Source: Chara braunii (lineage: Eukaryota; Plantae; Charophyceae). From it: DNA of 64,000 bases. The stretch lies in the NCBI GenBank assembly GCA_003427395.1, contig BFEA01000036.1, positions 243,148 to 307,147 on the forward strand. Reading direction: 5' to 3'. Position numbers and translations under genes: made by a program. This document shows positions 1 through 11,321 of the stretch, piece after piece (positions within the stretch are counted from its first letter, which is position 1; each line of letters starts with the position of its first letter). Under the pieces are notes generated by a model. The model had not been told where the DNA came from and made no database searches. It saw nothing but the letters and a program-made list of their open reading frames with translations.

Positions 1-329
1 GGGGGGGAAGCAAGAAAAAAATGAACAACAAAAAGGAGTGAACGACAACTGATCTTCTGCCACTGAAACAAGAAAAAGCTTATAATTAAAAGGGGGAACA
101 AAAAGTGATAGTCTCCAGCTTGAAGCTTTCAAGGATTTGGTCTTCTGGAATTTGTTAATTTGTCAGAAGTCCTCCTTCAGCAGTTCAGCAGTTTTTCCCC
201 AAAAATAGTTTAGGAATCTTACTCAGACGAAGCCTGGGAATGGCCTCGGTATCTTAAATTGTTTGTACACTTTCATGAGGGTCGCTGGGCCCGCTTCTGC
301 TCCCCACGAATAGATTGGAGTTTCGTTCC

Positions 330-366
<37 letters not shown>

Positions 367-828
367 TTCAACTTTCAGGGAAGCTATACCCATAATTAAC
401 ATGTCTATTCAGAGTTCAAACCTTCAGTGCAGTATTGCTTTCCTGTGGACAACAAGGATAAATTAGTAATTACCATCATGGTCGAATGCTTAAAGATCTT
501 GCTACGGCGATCTATCATTCCATATTGATACAAGGTTCTCTTTACCATCCTCACAAATACCAATTTACTAAAAATTTAGTATTTACATCCATATTTCCAA
601 GACCATTAGCAGAAGCTCTAGCTTTTGTTACAATTCCATAGCATACATTCAGAATCGTAATTTTGTTACGAGGATGTTTCTGTGACACCAGTTTTGTGTG
701 TGCATGCAAATGGGAAAAAGTGGGACACTTCGATCAAAACTGGCTCAGCACGAGTAGTTTTGAGAGTAAAATTCGGGCATTGGAAAATGAATGAGCACCT
801 GACTGGGTTCAGACTTCAAATTCACAGA

Positions 829-950
829 GAAAAACAAAAGAAGAAGAAGAAAAAAAGAAGAAGGAAAAGAAGGAGAAGAAGAAGGAGAAGAAGAAGGAGA
901 AGAAGGAGAAGGAGAAGAAGGAGAAGGAGAAGGAGAAGAAGAAGAAGGAA
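829..950. repeat. (GAA/GGA)n microsatellite
   Basis: Direct AGA/AGG triplet run; source of the poly-R and poly-L ORFs. Confidence 0.95.
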
Positions 951-1305
951 GATCCGGCTTGGCTTACGTACATGATACATTCCGTGGCCGCCCCACCCAC
1001 TGGTAATATGGTGCATGAAAGAAAGGTATATATGGATTCTTTCCAACGCCATTGTACTCGTACACTGCAGACACAGAGACAGAGCAGGCCCATAGTTTCA
1101 CATTTAGCACACTCTTTTGGTCTTATCCAGGATCAGGCTTGGCTTATTTACATGATACGTTCCACAGGCACCCCACCCACTGGTAACATGGTGCATGAAT
1201 GAAAGGTATATATGGATTCTTTCCTCCGCCATTGTACACAAACTGCAGCCACAAAGACATAGCAGGCCCATACTTTCACATTTAGCACACACACTTTGGT
1301 CTTAT
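951..1305. repeat. ~180-bp tandem duplication
   Basis: GATC(C/A)GGCTTGGCTTA...CATTTAGCACAC occurs at ~951-1125 and ~1131-1305. Confidence 0.9.
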
Positions 1306-1971
1306 TCCCCCTGTGGGGGAGTGCAAACCATCGACCCACTTGAAGCTGCTTTTATCCCTTGGTGTTGTGATCTGGCAGGAGCTGCTTTTCTCCAGGAACT
1401 GAGCCATCCACATCAAGATAAACTAATATCCAATGTTGCGGCGAAGGACGAAGTCTGCGACACCGAAAACATTCAAACTTGCGAGGAGATTGGTGTATGG
1501 AATGCGGTTTATAACAAAAGAGTACATGGGAAATCAGACGGGGGAAAGCAGTGAAGGTGGACATGGGGCGTCAGATTGGGGTGCTTCATCTTTACTCTCT
1601 CAGTCCTAAAACATACGTACGGGAGAGGACGGAGCAGGGTTATATCAGGAGGTTGGAGACGTGGGTGGACGAACTGCGGACAGTGCTTGGATGAAACAGC
1701 CAGCAGTGTAGCACCAAAGAACAGTGCAACGGGACAAACGAGCCCTACGGGCGGCACCAGCATTGCAAATGGCATGGCATAATTTTCACCATTCAAACGA
1801 GGAATGCAGATGTCCTCGTTTAACTGACCATCCCAAGCCTCGAGATAATTCAAAACTACATTGTTCCAATGTAGTTCCATCGGGATTCAACTACATTGTT
1901 CCAATGTAGTTCCATCGGGATTCAAACTCAGGTTCATGGGCGTACCAAACGAAGTGGACCGTTTGTGCCCC

Positions 1972-2303
1972 TTTTTTTTTTTCTTTTTTTTTTTTAATTA
2001 AAACACCCCTTCCAGTGTTAGTGCTGCTGGTAAGAGCAGACAGCACTACCACCGGCGGAGAGGCTCCATCTATTGGTGGGGAGCGTCACCTGCTGGAAAT
2101 CGGGTCCAGCGTCCCATTTCACATGAAAGGAGTGATTTGGAATATCCAGGGTATGAGTGAGTGGCCGTGGATCCTGCCAGCATTGATTACCCTGCAAAAT
2201 CAGGGGATTGACTGAGCAGGCTTATGTGTAAAAACCAGAAACGTCTTGTAAGTTGTCTGCCAGCATTGATTGCCCTGTCAGATCAGGGGATTAACTGAGC
2301 AGA
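1972..2303 (-). mobile_element. 5'-truncated retroposed 3' end carrying the pseudoknot/hairpin module
   Basis: Poly(T) on + strand at 1972-1995; 16-bp TSD GGACCGTTTGTGCCCC at 1956-1971 and 2304-2319; module at ~2002-2115. Confidence 0.9.
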
Positions 2304-2859
2304 GGACCGTTTGTGCCCCACTCCCAACTGAACACCTTTTTTTTTTTTTCCCCCAGCAGTTGACAAAACTGCCTGCCTGGAGCGTTTATTGCATTTTGAA
2401 ACTCATACCCGCATTGTGACTGCTGAAATAAGTTTGTTGAGCTTATTAAAATCTGAAGCTTGATTTTTTACCGAAACACCATTTGACCAAAAAGGAAAGT
2501 GTGAGTGGGCGTTCCACTGCTGAAAAGAAACACCGCGAGTCCATCCTTACACATGCCAAAACTTCTCTCATGACCAGGGACAGAAACATTACAAAAGAAG
2601 GGCAAACATTTTCCCATGGGCATGGACAAAAACAAGAAAACAAAAAAAGCAAAACAAAACAAGTAAGCGCAAAACCGCAAACCTTTTCCCAGGACCAGGC
2701 ATACTCATACCATGGGCGTCTCACCCACCTGCATGGACTGAGAGATAGCCTGTAAATAATGAACACGAACGGGCTCTTCCATCCCCGATGTGGCTATCCC
2801 CATTTGCTCCATGAACTGAGAGAGAGCCTGTAAATAATGAAGGCCAAGTGGCTCTTCTA

Positions 2860-3925
2860 TCCCGGAAGAGGCCATCCCCATTTGCTCTCGTTCACAGATG
2901 ACCTGACACTGATGGTGGATGCCTCTGTAGAGAATATGAAAGAGATGAACAGGCTGATGGATTGGTTTCGCAGGGTATCCGGTATGCCTGTTAACTGGCA
3001 GAACAAGACTCTATATTGGTGGATCCACTATCAGGGGGGAGGGCCTCCATAAACACGTAGAATTAAGTAGATGCCCTCAGAATTCCCGACCAAAAGTTTT
3101 AGGAGTCTCTATATCTGCCCAAGAAAGGCAGGCATCCACGGATGATTGGTTTACCAATACAGTACTGGAAAAACTGGCCCAATGGAAGAATAAGCACACA
3201 TCACTCTCAGGGAAGACCCTAGTCATCAATAATGTGGTGCTAGCTAGCCTCACTATGGTAGAAACCAGCCTTGGGCTGTTAATAGCAGTCAAGTCAGTCA
3301 GAAGACAAATCATCACATTTCTATGGAGAAGCAATCACGAGTACAAGAACGTTACAAAAACATTAGTCGGGTCGTCTGGGAGTCAATATACAAGCTAAGA
3401 CAAGGGGGGACTGGGTATTATTGACCTTGTGATCCAGGCCAAGGGCCCTCTCGATTCAATGCGCGTAGCCGGGTCGTCTGGGTATCAACATGCAATCTAA
3501 GACAAGGGGGGAGGTTGGGAATTATTGACCTAGTGATCCAGGCCAAGGGCCCTCTGGATTCAATGCGCGAAGCGACCGATCCTCTCTCGGCGCGTTTTGT
3601 GGAGGGCTCTTTCAGGCTTGCCCCTCAACCCCCACCAACAGTAAGTCCATTTGCATGGCTGGAAGATATTGGGCAATCCCATGAAAGCCAATGAAGCCAA
3701 AGGCGGAATCCGATAGAGTACTCGGTGGGACCTCCTCCGTGATGACTTCTCAGTGAACGTGATCAAAACGTGGAAGAAACTCTCCCTGCCTCACAAAGTG
3801 GCCCCTATGAGATGGGAGGAGATCTACAGGCAACCGCTGTTTGGAAGCAGATGGATAACTGACCTTCAGGGCAGGGTCTTCCAAACCTTAGATCACTGAT
3901 GGAGAGGATGACCAAAAACAGAATC

Positions 3926-3957
<32 letters not shown>

Positions 3958-5080
3958 CAAACCAGGGATGAGGCGCTGGTAGGAGCAGACACTTCAAACT
4001 TCCTAGGAGGAGGCTCCATCTATTGGTGGGGAGCTCCCTGCCGGGAAACGGGCCCAGCGTCCCTTTATACAGTTGTACATTGAGAAAACAGGGACCAGTT
4101 GGGGACCAATTGGAACACACGGGGGGATCACCTCTTCAGTCTGAGAACAGACCGCCTCTAATATTCAATGGGACGCTAGCTACTCCCCCTTTCATTCATT
4201 GTAAGTTGGGGGATGTCGAGGGTGGCCACATTCATCCTCCTCCCTTTGGATTCTAAACCCCTAGACTCTACACCCTTGGGTGCCCTTGATTGGCATTGAT
4301 TGCCTTTGATTGCCCAGCACTGAACCCTCACATTTGTAGGCTGTGACAGCCGTGACTTTTGACTGTACATATCAGCGTTCACCACCCCTGCTCGTTCCTG
4401 AGTTGTTGAATGTATTGTTGATTGGTGACAAGGGTGGCAATATCCATCCATCTCCTTTCGGAATCCCAGCCCCTAAACCCTTGTATCCCAGAGCACAGAC
4501 CCCTGTGGTCATACAGACTATGCTGCAGTGACATTGAGGCTTCGTCCTTCTTGGAGCGCAAACAGAATCTTAGGGGTGGGGGATCTTTGGAAACAAGCAA
4601 AGGGGGACTGGAAGCTGGAGCAGCAGATGTGCACATCACTGAGGTACTACTATAAAAGTGGAGAAAACTTGGATTTCCAAACCACTAGCCTGGGTGGTAA
4701 TACTCTGAAAGGGGCCCACCCTGGAGGAGAGTGACGGGGAGGATTGGCAATATTTTGGAAACCAGAACAAATGAAGTCTTGGTGAACTTCATCAACAGAA
4801 ACAGAGTAACGTCGTACCTAGGGTTTTCCCAGAAGGAGGTGAGGTGGCTGGCTCAAGGCAATGTCTACCGAATAAGCATATTGCTGCTATTGCATGATAA
4901 GGACCAGTGGATTGCCTTTCAGCCCAACATGCCTATTACCGGTTTGGCTATAGACCACGTGTGCTGGCAGTGAGCAATCCGAGGCACAACCAGCTAAAAC
5001 AGGAGCAGACAGCTATTCAACCTTGAAGTTAAGGCCACCTATCAAATGTTGAGAGCCACTGGAAATCTACCGGACACAGT
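2860..5080 (+). pseudogene. Decayed LINE ORF2 fragment (RT motif to post-RT region), interrupted by an antisense insertion
   Basis: SFTDDLTLMV...INW...WWIH and ...KNRIL|xVGDLW segments align with the 5399-9892 LINE protein; many stops and frameshifts. Confidence 0.85.
3928..4559 (-). mobile_element. 5'-truncated LINE 3' UTR inserted antisense into a LINE fragment
   Basis: Poly(T) 3926-3951; TSD AAACAGAATCTT at 3916-3927 and 4560-4571; pseudoknot/hairpin module at ~3960-4063. Confidence 0.9.
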
Positions 5081-5134
5081 AAGTACCACGTCGTTGAAGC
5101 ACTTACATGGAAGAGACCATCTCAGGCCAATTAA

Positions 5135-5251
5135 ACCACCAGTACCTACCGGCTGAGGCGGCCGTTAATGCAGAAGCCAAATCGGCCTGCCCCTCCAATC
5201 CAAATTCATTTGAGGCAGGGGGGTACGAAAAATGTGGTAGGTACTGGTGAT
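5135..5251. mobile_element. TTAA-type (piggyBac-like) MITE
   Basis: TIR ACCACCAGTACCTACC / GGTAGGTACTGGTGAT, flanked by TTAA and CTAA. Confidence 0.75.
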
Positions 5252-5497
5252 CTAAGTGGTTTACCAGGGCCAAACTCAGGGCATACTCACACTATCAAGT
5301 ATTCTCGCAAAATCACAAATTAGACATGATTTTTTGGGTCACAAGGGGCACATATTTTGCGTTATCAGCAGTGTCGCATATGAAATGAGCCAATCATTAT
5401 AATTGAAGGACTATGGCAGTCTCTCAACCTCTTTGATGCATACAGACGTCTTTTTCCGGTAAAACGTAAATTCACTTGTTTTAGGAAGAGCCAAACA

Positions 5498-8400
5498 ATG
5501 AATGCATCCAAATCTCGCATTGATCTCATACTTCTATCAGAAGAACTAGAAGGAGCTCTTCAATTAGCAAAGATCTTCCCTCGAAATGTCTTCCCTAGCC
5601 TTGATCACGCTATGATTGCAGTACTACTTTCTTTCAGGAAAAAGCCGGATCAAGGTAGAGGCTTCTATAAGTTAAATACATCCCTCTTGAGCATTGATCG
5701 CTTCAAAGTATATCTACAAGATGTTTGGTCCTTCTGGAGAGAGCAGAGGGAGCAAATTAGGGACGACATACAATGGTTCAACAACGACCTAATGTTTTTG
5801 GGACGTAAATGCAACGAATATTCAAAAATGCTTGCTGAGCAACGCCATCGTGAGGAATTTGATCTGCAAAAACAACTCCACCAACTTCAAGAACAAGAAG
5901 AGAAATCGGCGGACGAACCTCAATTAACTGAGTTTAACAAAAGAATCTGCGACTTGGAGTCCAAGTTATTAAAATTCATGGAGCACCGTTGGCAAGGGAT
6001 CAGAATTAGAGGTAAGTTGAAGGGTTATAACACGGAGGGGGTGATGGATGCAAGATTTTTTGCCACAGCAAAAGCCAGAACTGGCAGAACTACCATTGAA
6101 GCCTTCACGGACCCTCAAGAAAGCCAATACTCACTAGTCACATCCACAACGGCGTGCACAAAGATAGCAAGAGACTTCTATAAAAACCTTTTTACATCCG
6201 TATGCAAACAAAAACCAAAGGAACAAAGAGTGAAAAAGATTGAAGAATTTCTTGAACCACTAACCAAAACTTTAACAAACCAACAAAAAATGATGCTTGA
6301 AAGTCCACTCACAAAGGAAGAAATTTGGTCTGCCCTGATGATGATGGAGGAGGAAAAAACTCCAGGGATCGATGGACTCCCAAAAGAATTTTGGGAAACC
6401 ATGTGGGATTACCTTGCTCAAGATCTAATGGATTTCTACCATCCAGTCTGGGCCTCAGGCACAATCGGAGAAATAGTTGGACAAGGGGTTCTGACTCTAT
6501 TATACAAAAAATGCGATAAAGCTAACATCCGTAATTACAGACCAATTACTCTTCTCACAATAGTTTATAAACTGGCAGCAAAAGCACTGGCAAACCGAAT
6601 ACTAAAAGTCATCACGGACATCATTCATCCTACTCAAACTGGCTTCATTGAAGGAAGGAACATTCAAGACAATATTTTATTAGTTAATGAATTAGTTAAA
6701 CTCTCTAGACAATCTAAGCACAATGCAGCTTTCATTTTCATAGATTTTGAAAAAGCCTATGATCATGTTGATTGGTTATTTTTAGACAAATGCCTAGAAA
6801 AGTTTAACTTTGGCCCTTGTTTCAGAAGATGGATTGAAATCCTACATACTACTGCTACAACTAGGGTTATGATAAACGGTAACCTGGCTCCGCCTATAGA
6901 GCTAGAACGTTCGGTAAGACGAGGGGATCCAATCGCCCCCTTTCTTTTTGTCATAGTAATGGAAGCTTTAGCAGCTAACTTAAGATGTAACAAAGACATT
7001 AAACGTATCCAGGTTAGCTACATACCAAAAGAAGCCATACCGGTCTGTTCCTTGTTTGCAGACGACCTATCCTTGATGGTTGAAGCCTCGCACAAAAATC
7101 TGTTAGCAATCAAGGGTCTGATGGATAAATTTTGCGCCCTTTCTGATATGAAAATCAATTGGGGAACAAAAACTCAAGGCTGGTGGATACACCATCAGGG
7201 GGTGACACCTTCGGAATATCCAAATATCAGCTGGTTGACAGCAGAGACCCCAATCAGGGAGTTTGGGATCTCACTCTCAGCAAATGGAAAACCAACAGGA
7301 ATCAACAAATGGATATCTAAATCAGCTTTGGCCAAATTGGAACTTTGGAAGGACAAACGAACATCTATTATAGGACGTTCACTAATCATAAATAATGTTA
7401 TTCTAGCCTCACTCTGGTACAAGTCAGCAATATGGCCACTGGACAAATCAGCGCTTAAAACTTCTACAAAGACAAATAACAGCCTATCTATGGAGAGGTA
7501 ATCATGACTTAAAAAATATCATAAATAGAGTTGTCTGGCAAGGAGTTATTCAACCTAAAACAAAAGGAGGGTTAGGAATCTTAGACCCTTCCACTCAAGC
7601 CATGGCGCTCTCAATCCAATGGATCAAAAGATTACTTTTCAACCCAGAGACTCCTTGGACAACCCTAGTTGAGGAACAAATAGCGAGATTAGCCCCTGAA
7701 GTCCCAGAAGGGACTGATCCATTGATATGGCTAGAAAATCGTCATTGGTCCATTCCAAAAGGTAGAACTCAGCCCTCAAGCCAGCCAGAGAACCCAAATC
7801 GTCAAGCCACAAAAATGGACATTAAAAATGATCCCTTTTGGCCTGACCTCCTTAAGACCTAGCGCAAACTACCCTTACCAGATAAAATCCCTCCAAACCG
7901 TTGGGAGGAGGTCTGCCAGCAACCTCTTTTCAACAACAGATGGTTAACATCACAAGGAAGGATGTTCCATTGTATGGATTTCCCCTGGAGAGGTTGGGTA
8001 AAAAAAAAGGTCCTAAGGATTGGGGACATCTGGAACCCAGAAACGCGAGACTGGTACTCTTTTTCTAATCTCTTGCCTAACTTGCGATACTGCAGGAGAA
8101 CAAAACAATCACTAGACATAATCACAGAAGCCATCCCGATAGATTGGATAAAAATCCTCAAAAAAGGTTCCCAACTTAAAGAAAATGATTGGGTGGGCAT
8201 CCAAGGGAATTCCCAACAAATAAGAAATGTAGTATTAGTAAATGATGAGGTATCAGTCTTGCTCTCCTTATTCTCAATCAATCACAAATACCGACTCACT
8301 GAAAGTCACACTAAGGAAACTGAATGGTTCAATGCTGACCAAGTATTCAGGATCAGAGTTTTGACCACTGGATGGCCTTCATACCATCATGTGCAATCAA

Positions 8401-9388
8401 AAAATTGGCTCTAGATCCCATTTATTGGTCTTGGACCGTCCCTTTGGGCAAACATAGAAAGGGCACTCGCAATATTCACTCACTGACAGTTAGATCAACG
8501 TACCGCATGTTGAGGCCTACACTGGAATTGAAAGATAGAATAGAAACCAGGTGGATGAAACAGCTAAATGTAAGCACGGACAATCTGAGACGTATCAAGT
8601 GGTTCAAAACTATTAAGATTAAACCGACAAGAATTGTCTCCCTACAGTGGCAAATCGACCATCGATGCCTTCCCACGAATGATTGGCTAATAGATAGGAC
8701 CTCGCTGGAAGAGAAGGGTATCGCTCTACCTTGGTGCAAGCTATGCTTCTCAACATTCCCATCTAGGACCATTCCAGAAACCATCGAGCACATCTTTCTT
8801 CAATGCCCAGGTTCAGTTTGGTTATGGCGTTGGTGGGACAAGATTTGGAATTCTTTTAATACACCCATAAACTGGCCTTGGGATTGGCGAGCTCTGTTAT
8901 GCGAGACATGGTCTCCAGACCAATTAGACGATTTCTCCCAAAACCTATTTATAACCGGAAGAAGAGCCATTCTCTGGGCCCTCTGGCAACGGCGCTGTAC
9001 TTTTGAAAGGGAGGGTGCCAGGCTGGATGGTCCAGACTTACGGAGTCCATTAAACTACAGGTGCAAACTGTTATCACAGCTATATGGGACAAAGTGAAAG
9101 AAAAAATACAATTTCTGATGAATAAAAAAGAAATCCAACAACACATCAAATCATTCAGTGGCGAAAGGAGGTACGATTGGAAAGATCAAAGAAAGTGGGG
9201 TGAGGAGAGAGAACAAAGAAGAGCATAGCAAAGGAATTCAAAAAGACTACCACCTGATATTCCATGATTGGACAAATGTGGATCCAACAGTACCACTTCG
9301 CCCTCTATCAGAGTTCCCAGATCCCTTCCCACCCTCATCATTATCCCTAGTCCCCATAAGTTGGTTCGGATACGGAAGAGGAGAATAA
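5498..9388 (+). pseudogene. LINE ORF2: AP-endonuclease C-terminus, reverse transcriptase and CCHC (zf-RVT) region; frameshifted
   Basis: SRIDLILLS/SLDH (APE); KTPGIDGL, NYRPITLL, DFEKAYD, RRGDPIAP, LFADD (RT); CKLC...ETIEHIFLQC. Disrupted near 7470, 7860, 8380 and 9050. Confidence 0.95.
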
Positions 9389-9742
9389 TTGTATGTTGTA
9401 ACCAGCTAAATAACATTGTTGTTTCTGGTGAACAGACAAGGCCGAAGAGGCTGATTTTTGTGGTGGACTAGAAGGGTAGTAGAACTATAGGAAGGGCGGT
9501 TTTTCAGGGTGACAGGGGAATTTGTAGGAAAGATAGGGAGTCTGGAGCGATTGGTCATAGTCTCCAACAAGATATCTGTACGAGTATTTCGGATTGTTTC
9601 AGAAGTGGGATATAAAAGGTAATACTGCTAGGATACCATGGGCATCTGGCGGCCAGGCTCTGGCTGAAGAAGCAGTACTCCTTTTTCTTTATACTTCCCA
9701 TATTTCATGTTCTTGAATCATGTATCACTATTACCTGATTGA

Positions 9743-9853
9743 GGGACGCTGGACCCGTTTTCCAGCAGGTGCAGCTCCCCACCAATAGACTGGAGCCAGT
9801 GGTTGAGCTGCTAGGGGTGGATGCTCATACCAACACCACTAACAATCTCAGCC
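9743..9853 (+). other. Conserved structured LINE 3' end: double pseudoknot plus hairpin
   Basis: GGG-AC-GCTGGA-CCC-GTTT-TCCAGC-A-GGTG-CA-GCTCC-C-CACC-AATAGACT-GGAGC, then a hairpin with TG-CTCATAC-CA apex, directly before the poly(A). Confidence 0.75.
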
Positions 9854-10499
9854 GGTTTTTCTTAAAAAAAAAAATAAAAAAAAATAAAAAAAGAGCCAAT
9901 CATTGTGAAGTTCCATACAACACTACGGCCTACCCTACTGGACCGCCCTGGGACTGGGGACTTGTTGGGACCCTGGGACCGGGACTGGGTGTCTGCCGCG
10001 TGAATCCTTTCACATACACCAACGGTCAGCGCCCTGTGACTGGTCAAACTGACCAGCCGAGCGGTCAGCTGATGGGCACCTACTCGTCGGAGGTTGTCGG
10101 CACCCCGCCAAAAAAAAAAAAAAACCCTGTACTCAAACACCAGCCGGCTAGGTTCCATGACTGAGCAGCACTGAGTAGGTGCTGGGTTCTAATCCCATTG
10201 CCGACACTTTTAGTGGCCTAAGGAGGATGGCCAGGGCCAGTCAACGCTGGTAGCTCATTGGGGTGAGTTGTGCCGCCCTGTAACCTCTGGCAATGTGGGA
10301 GCATCAGGCCAGGTGGAAGTGGCTGCTCAGGTCTAACTGCAGCTGATCGGGACACACCCAATATCTCATCTGGAATTCTCAGTCACAATCATCATAGCTG
10401 ACATTAGCCAATCAGGGTTGAGACCCTGAATTCACTTCAGGGAGCTTAAACTCTCAACATACCTGTCATAACAAAAACTCAATAACCAATAATCATGAC

Positions 10500-10750
10500 C
10501 TGGGTAGCACCACGTACACATATGCAGTGCGTACGCATACGTATGCGTGCGTGCCCAAAAACCTGCATATGCGTACGCGTTTTTTTCTTTTCTTTTCTTT
10601 TTTTTTCTTTCTTTCTTTCTTTACACATATATATAATGTATATATAATATATATAGTCAGTATTTAGTCACATAACTCCTCCTCCTCCTCCCGATCGTGA
10701 TCTTCGTCCTCCTCCTCCTCCTACCCCTCCTCCTACCCCTCCCGTTGTAC

Positions 10751-10814
<64 letters not shown>

Positions 10815-10974
10815 AGCCAGTCAGTCAGTCAGTCAGTCAGTCAGTCAGTCTGTCTGTCTCCTCCTCCTACGCCTCCTCCTCCGCCCGTGGTACTGGACAG
10901 ACAGACAGACAGACAGTACCACGGGCCGAAGAGCAGGACGGCGAAGAAGATCGATAGGAGGAGGAGGAGGAGGC

Positions 10975-11020
<46 letters not shown>

Positions 11021-11321
11021 NNNNNNNNNNNNNNNNNNNNNNNNNNNNNNNNNNNNNNNNNNNNNNNNNNNNNNNNNNNNNNNNNNNNNNNNNNNNNNNN
11101 NNNNNNNNNNNNNNNNNNNNNNNNNNNNNNNNNNNNNNNNNNNNNNNNNNNNNNNNNNNNNNNNNNNNNNNNNCAACCAATCCCAACGCCCCCCCCCCAA
11201 CCCCTACCGGGCCAAGACAAACCCGGGAAACGGCCCGCTGTGACCACGTACGCGGGCCCTAAATTTGAGTACGCGCGCATACGTATGCGGAGCCCGCGTA
11301 CGTGTACACCGTGCTACCCAG
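10500..11321. mobile_element. Non-autonomous hAT element
   Basis: TIR CTGGGTAGCAC / GTGCTACCCAG; 8-bp TSD ATCATGAC at 10492-10499 and 11322-11329; internal microsatellites and a gap. Confidence 0.92.

Larger units (their letters stand above)
5399..9892 (+). mobile_element. 5'-truncated L1/Tx1-type LINE
   Basis: 12-bp TSD GAGCCAATCATT at 5387-5398 and 9893-9904; A-rich tail 9864-9892; ORF2 remnants. Confidence 0.95.

Noticed and set aside
682-1093. Poly-Arg, poly-Leu and poly-Phe ORFs
   Set aside because: These are translations of a GAA/GGA microsatellite.
9743-9797. HDV-like ribozyme interpretation of the double pseudoknot
   Set aside because: The pseudoknots are consecutive rather than nested, with no P3/L3, P4 or catalytic-C junction.
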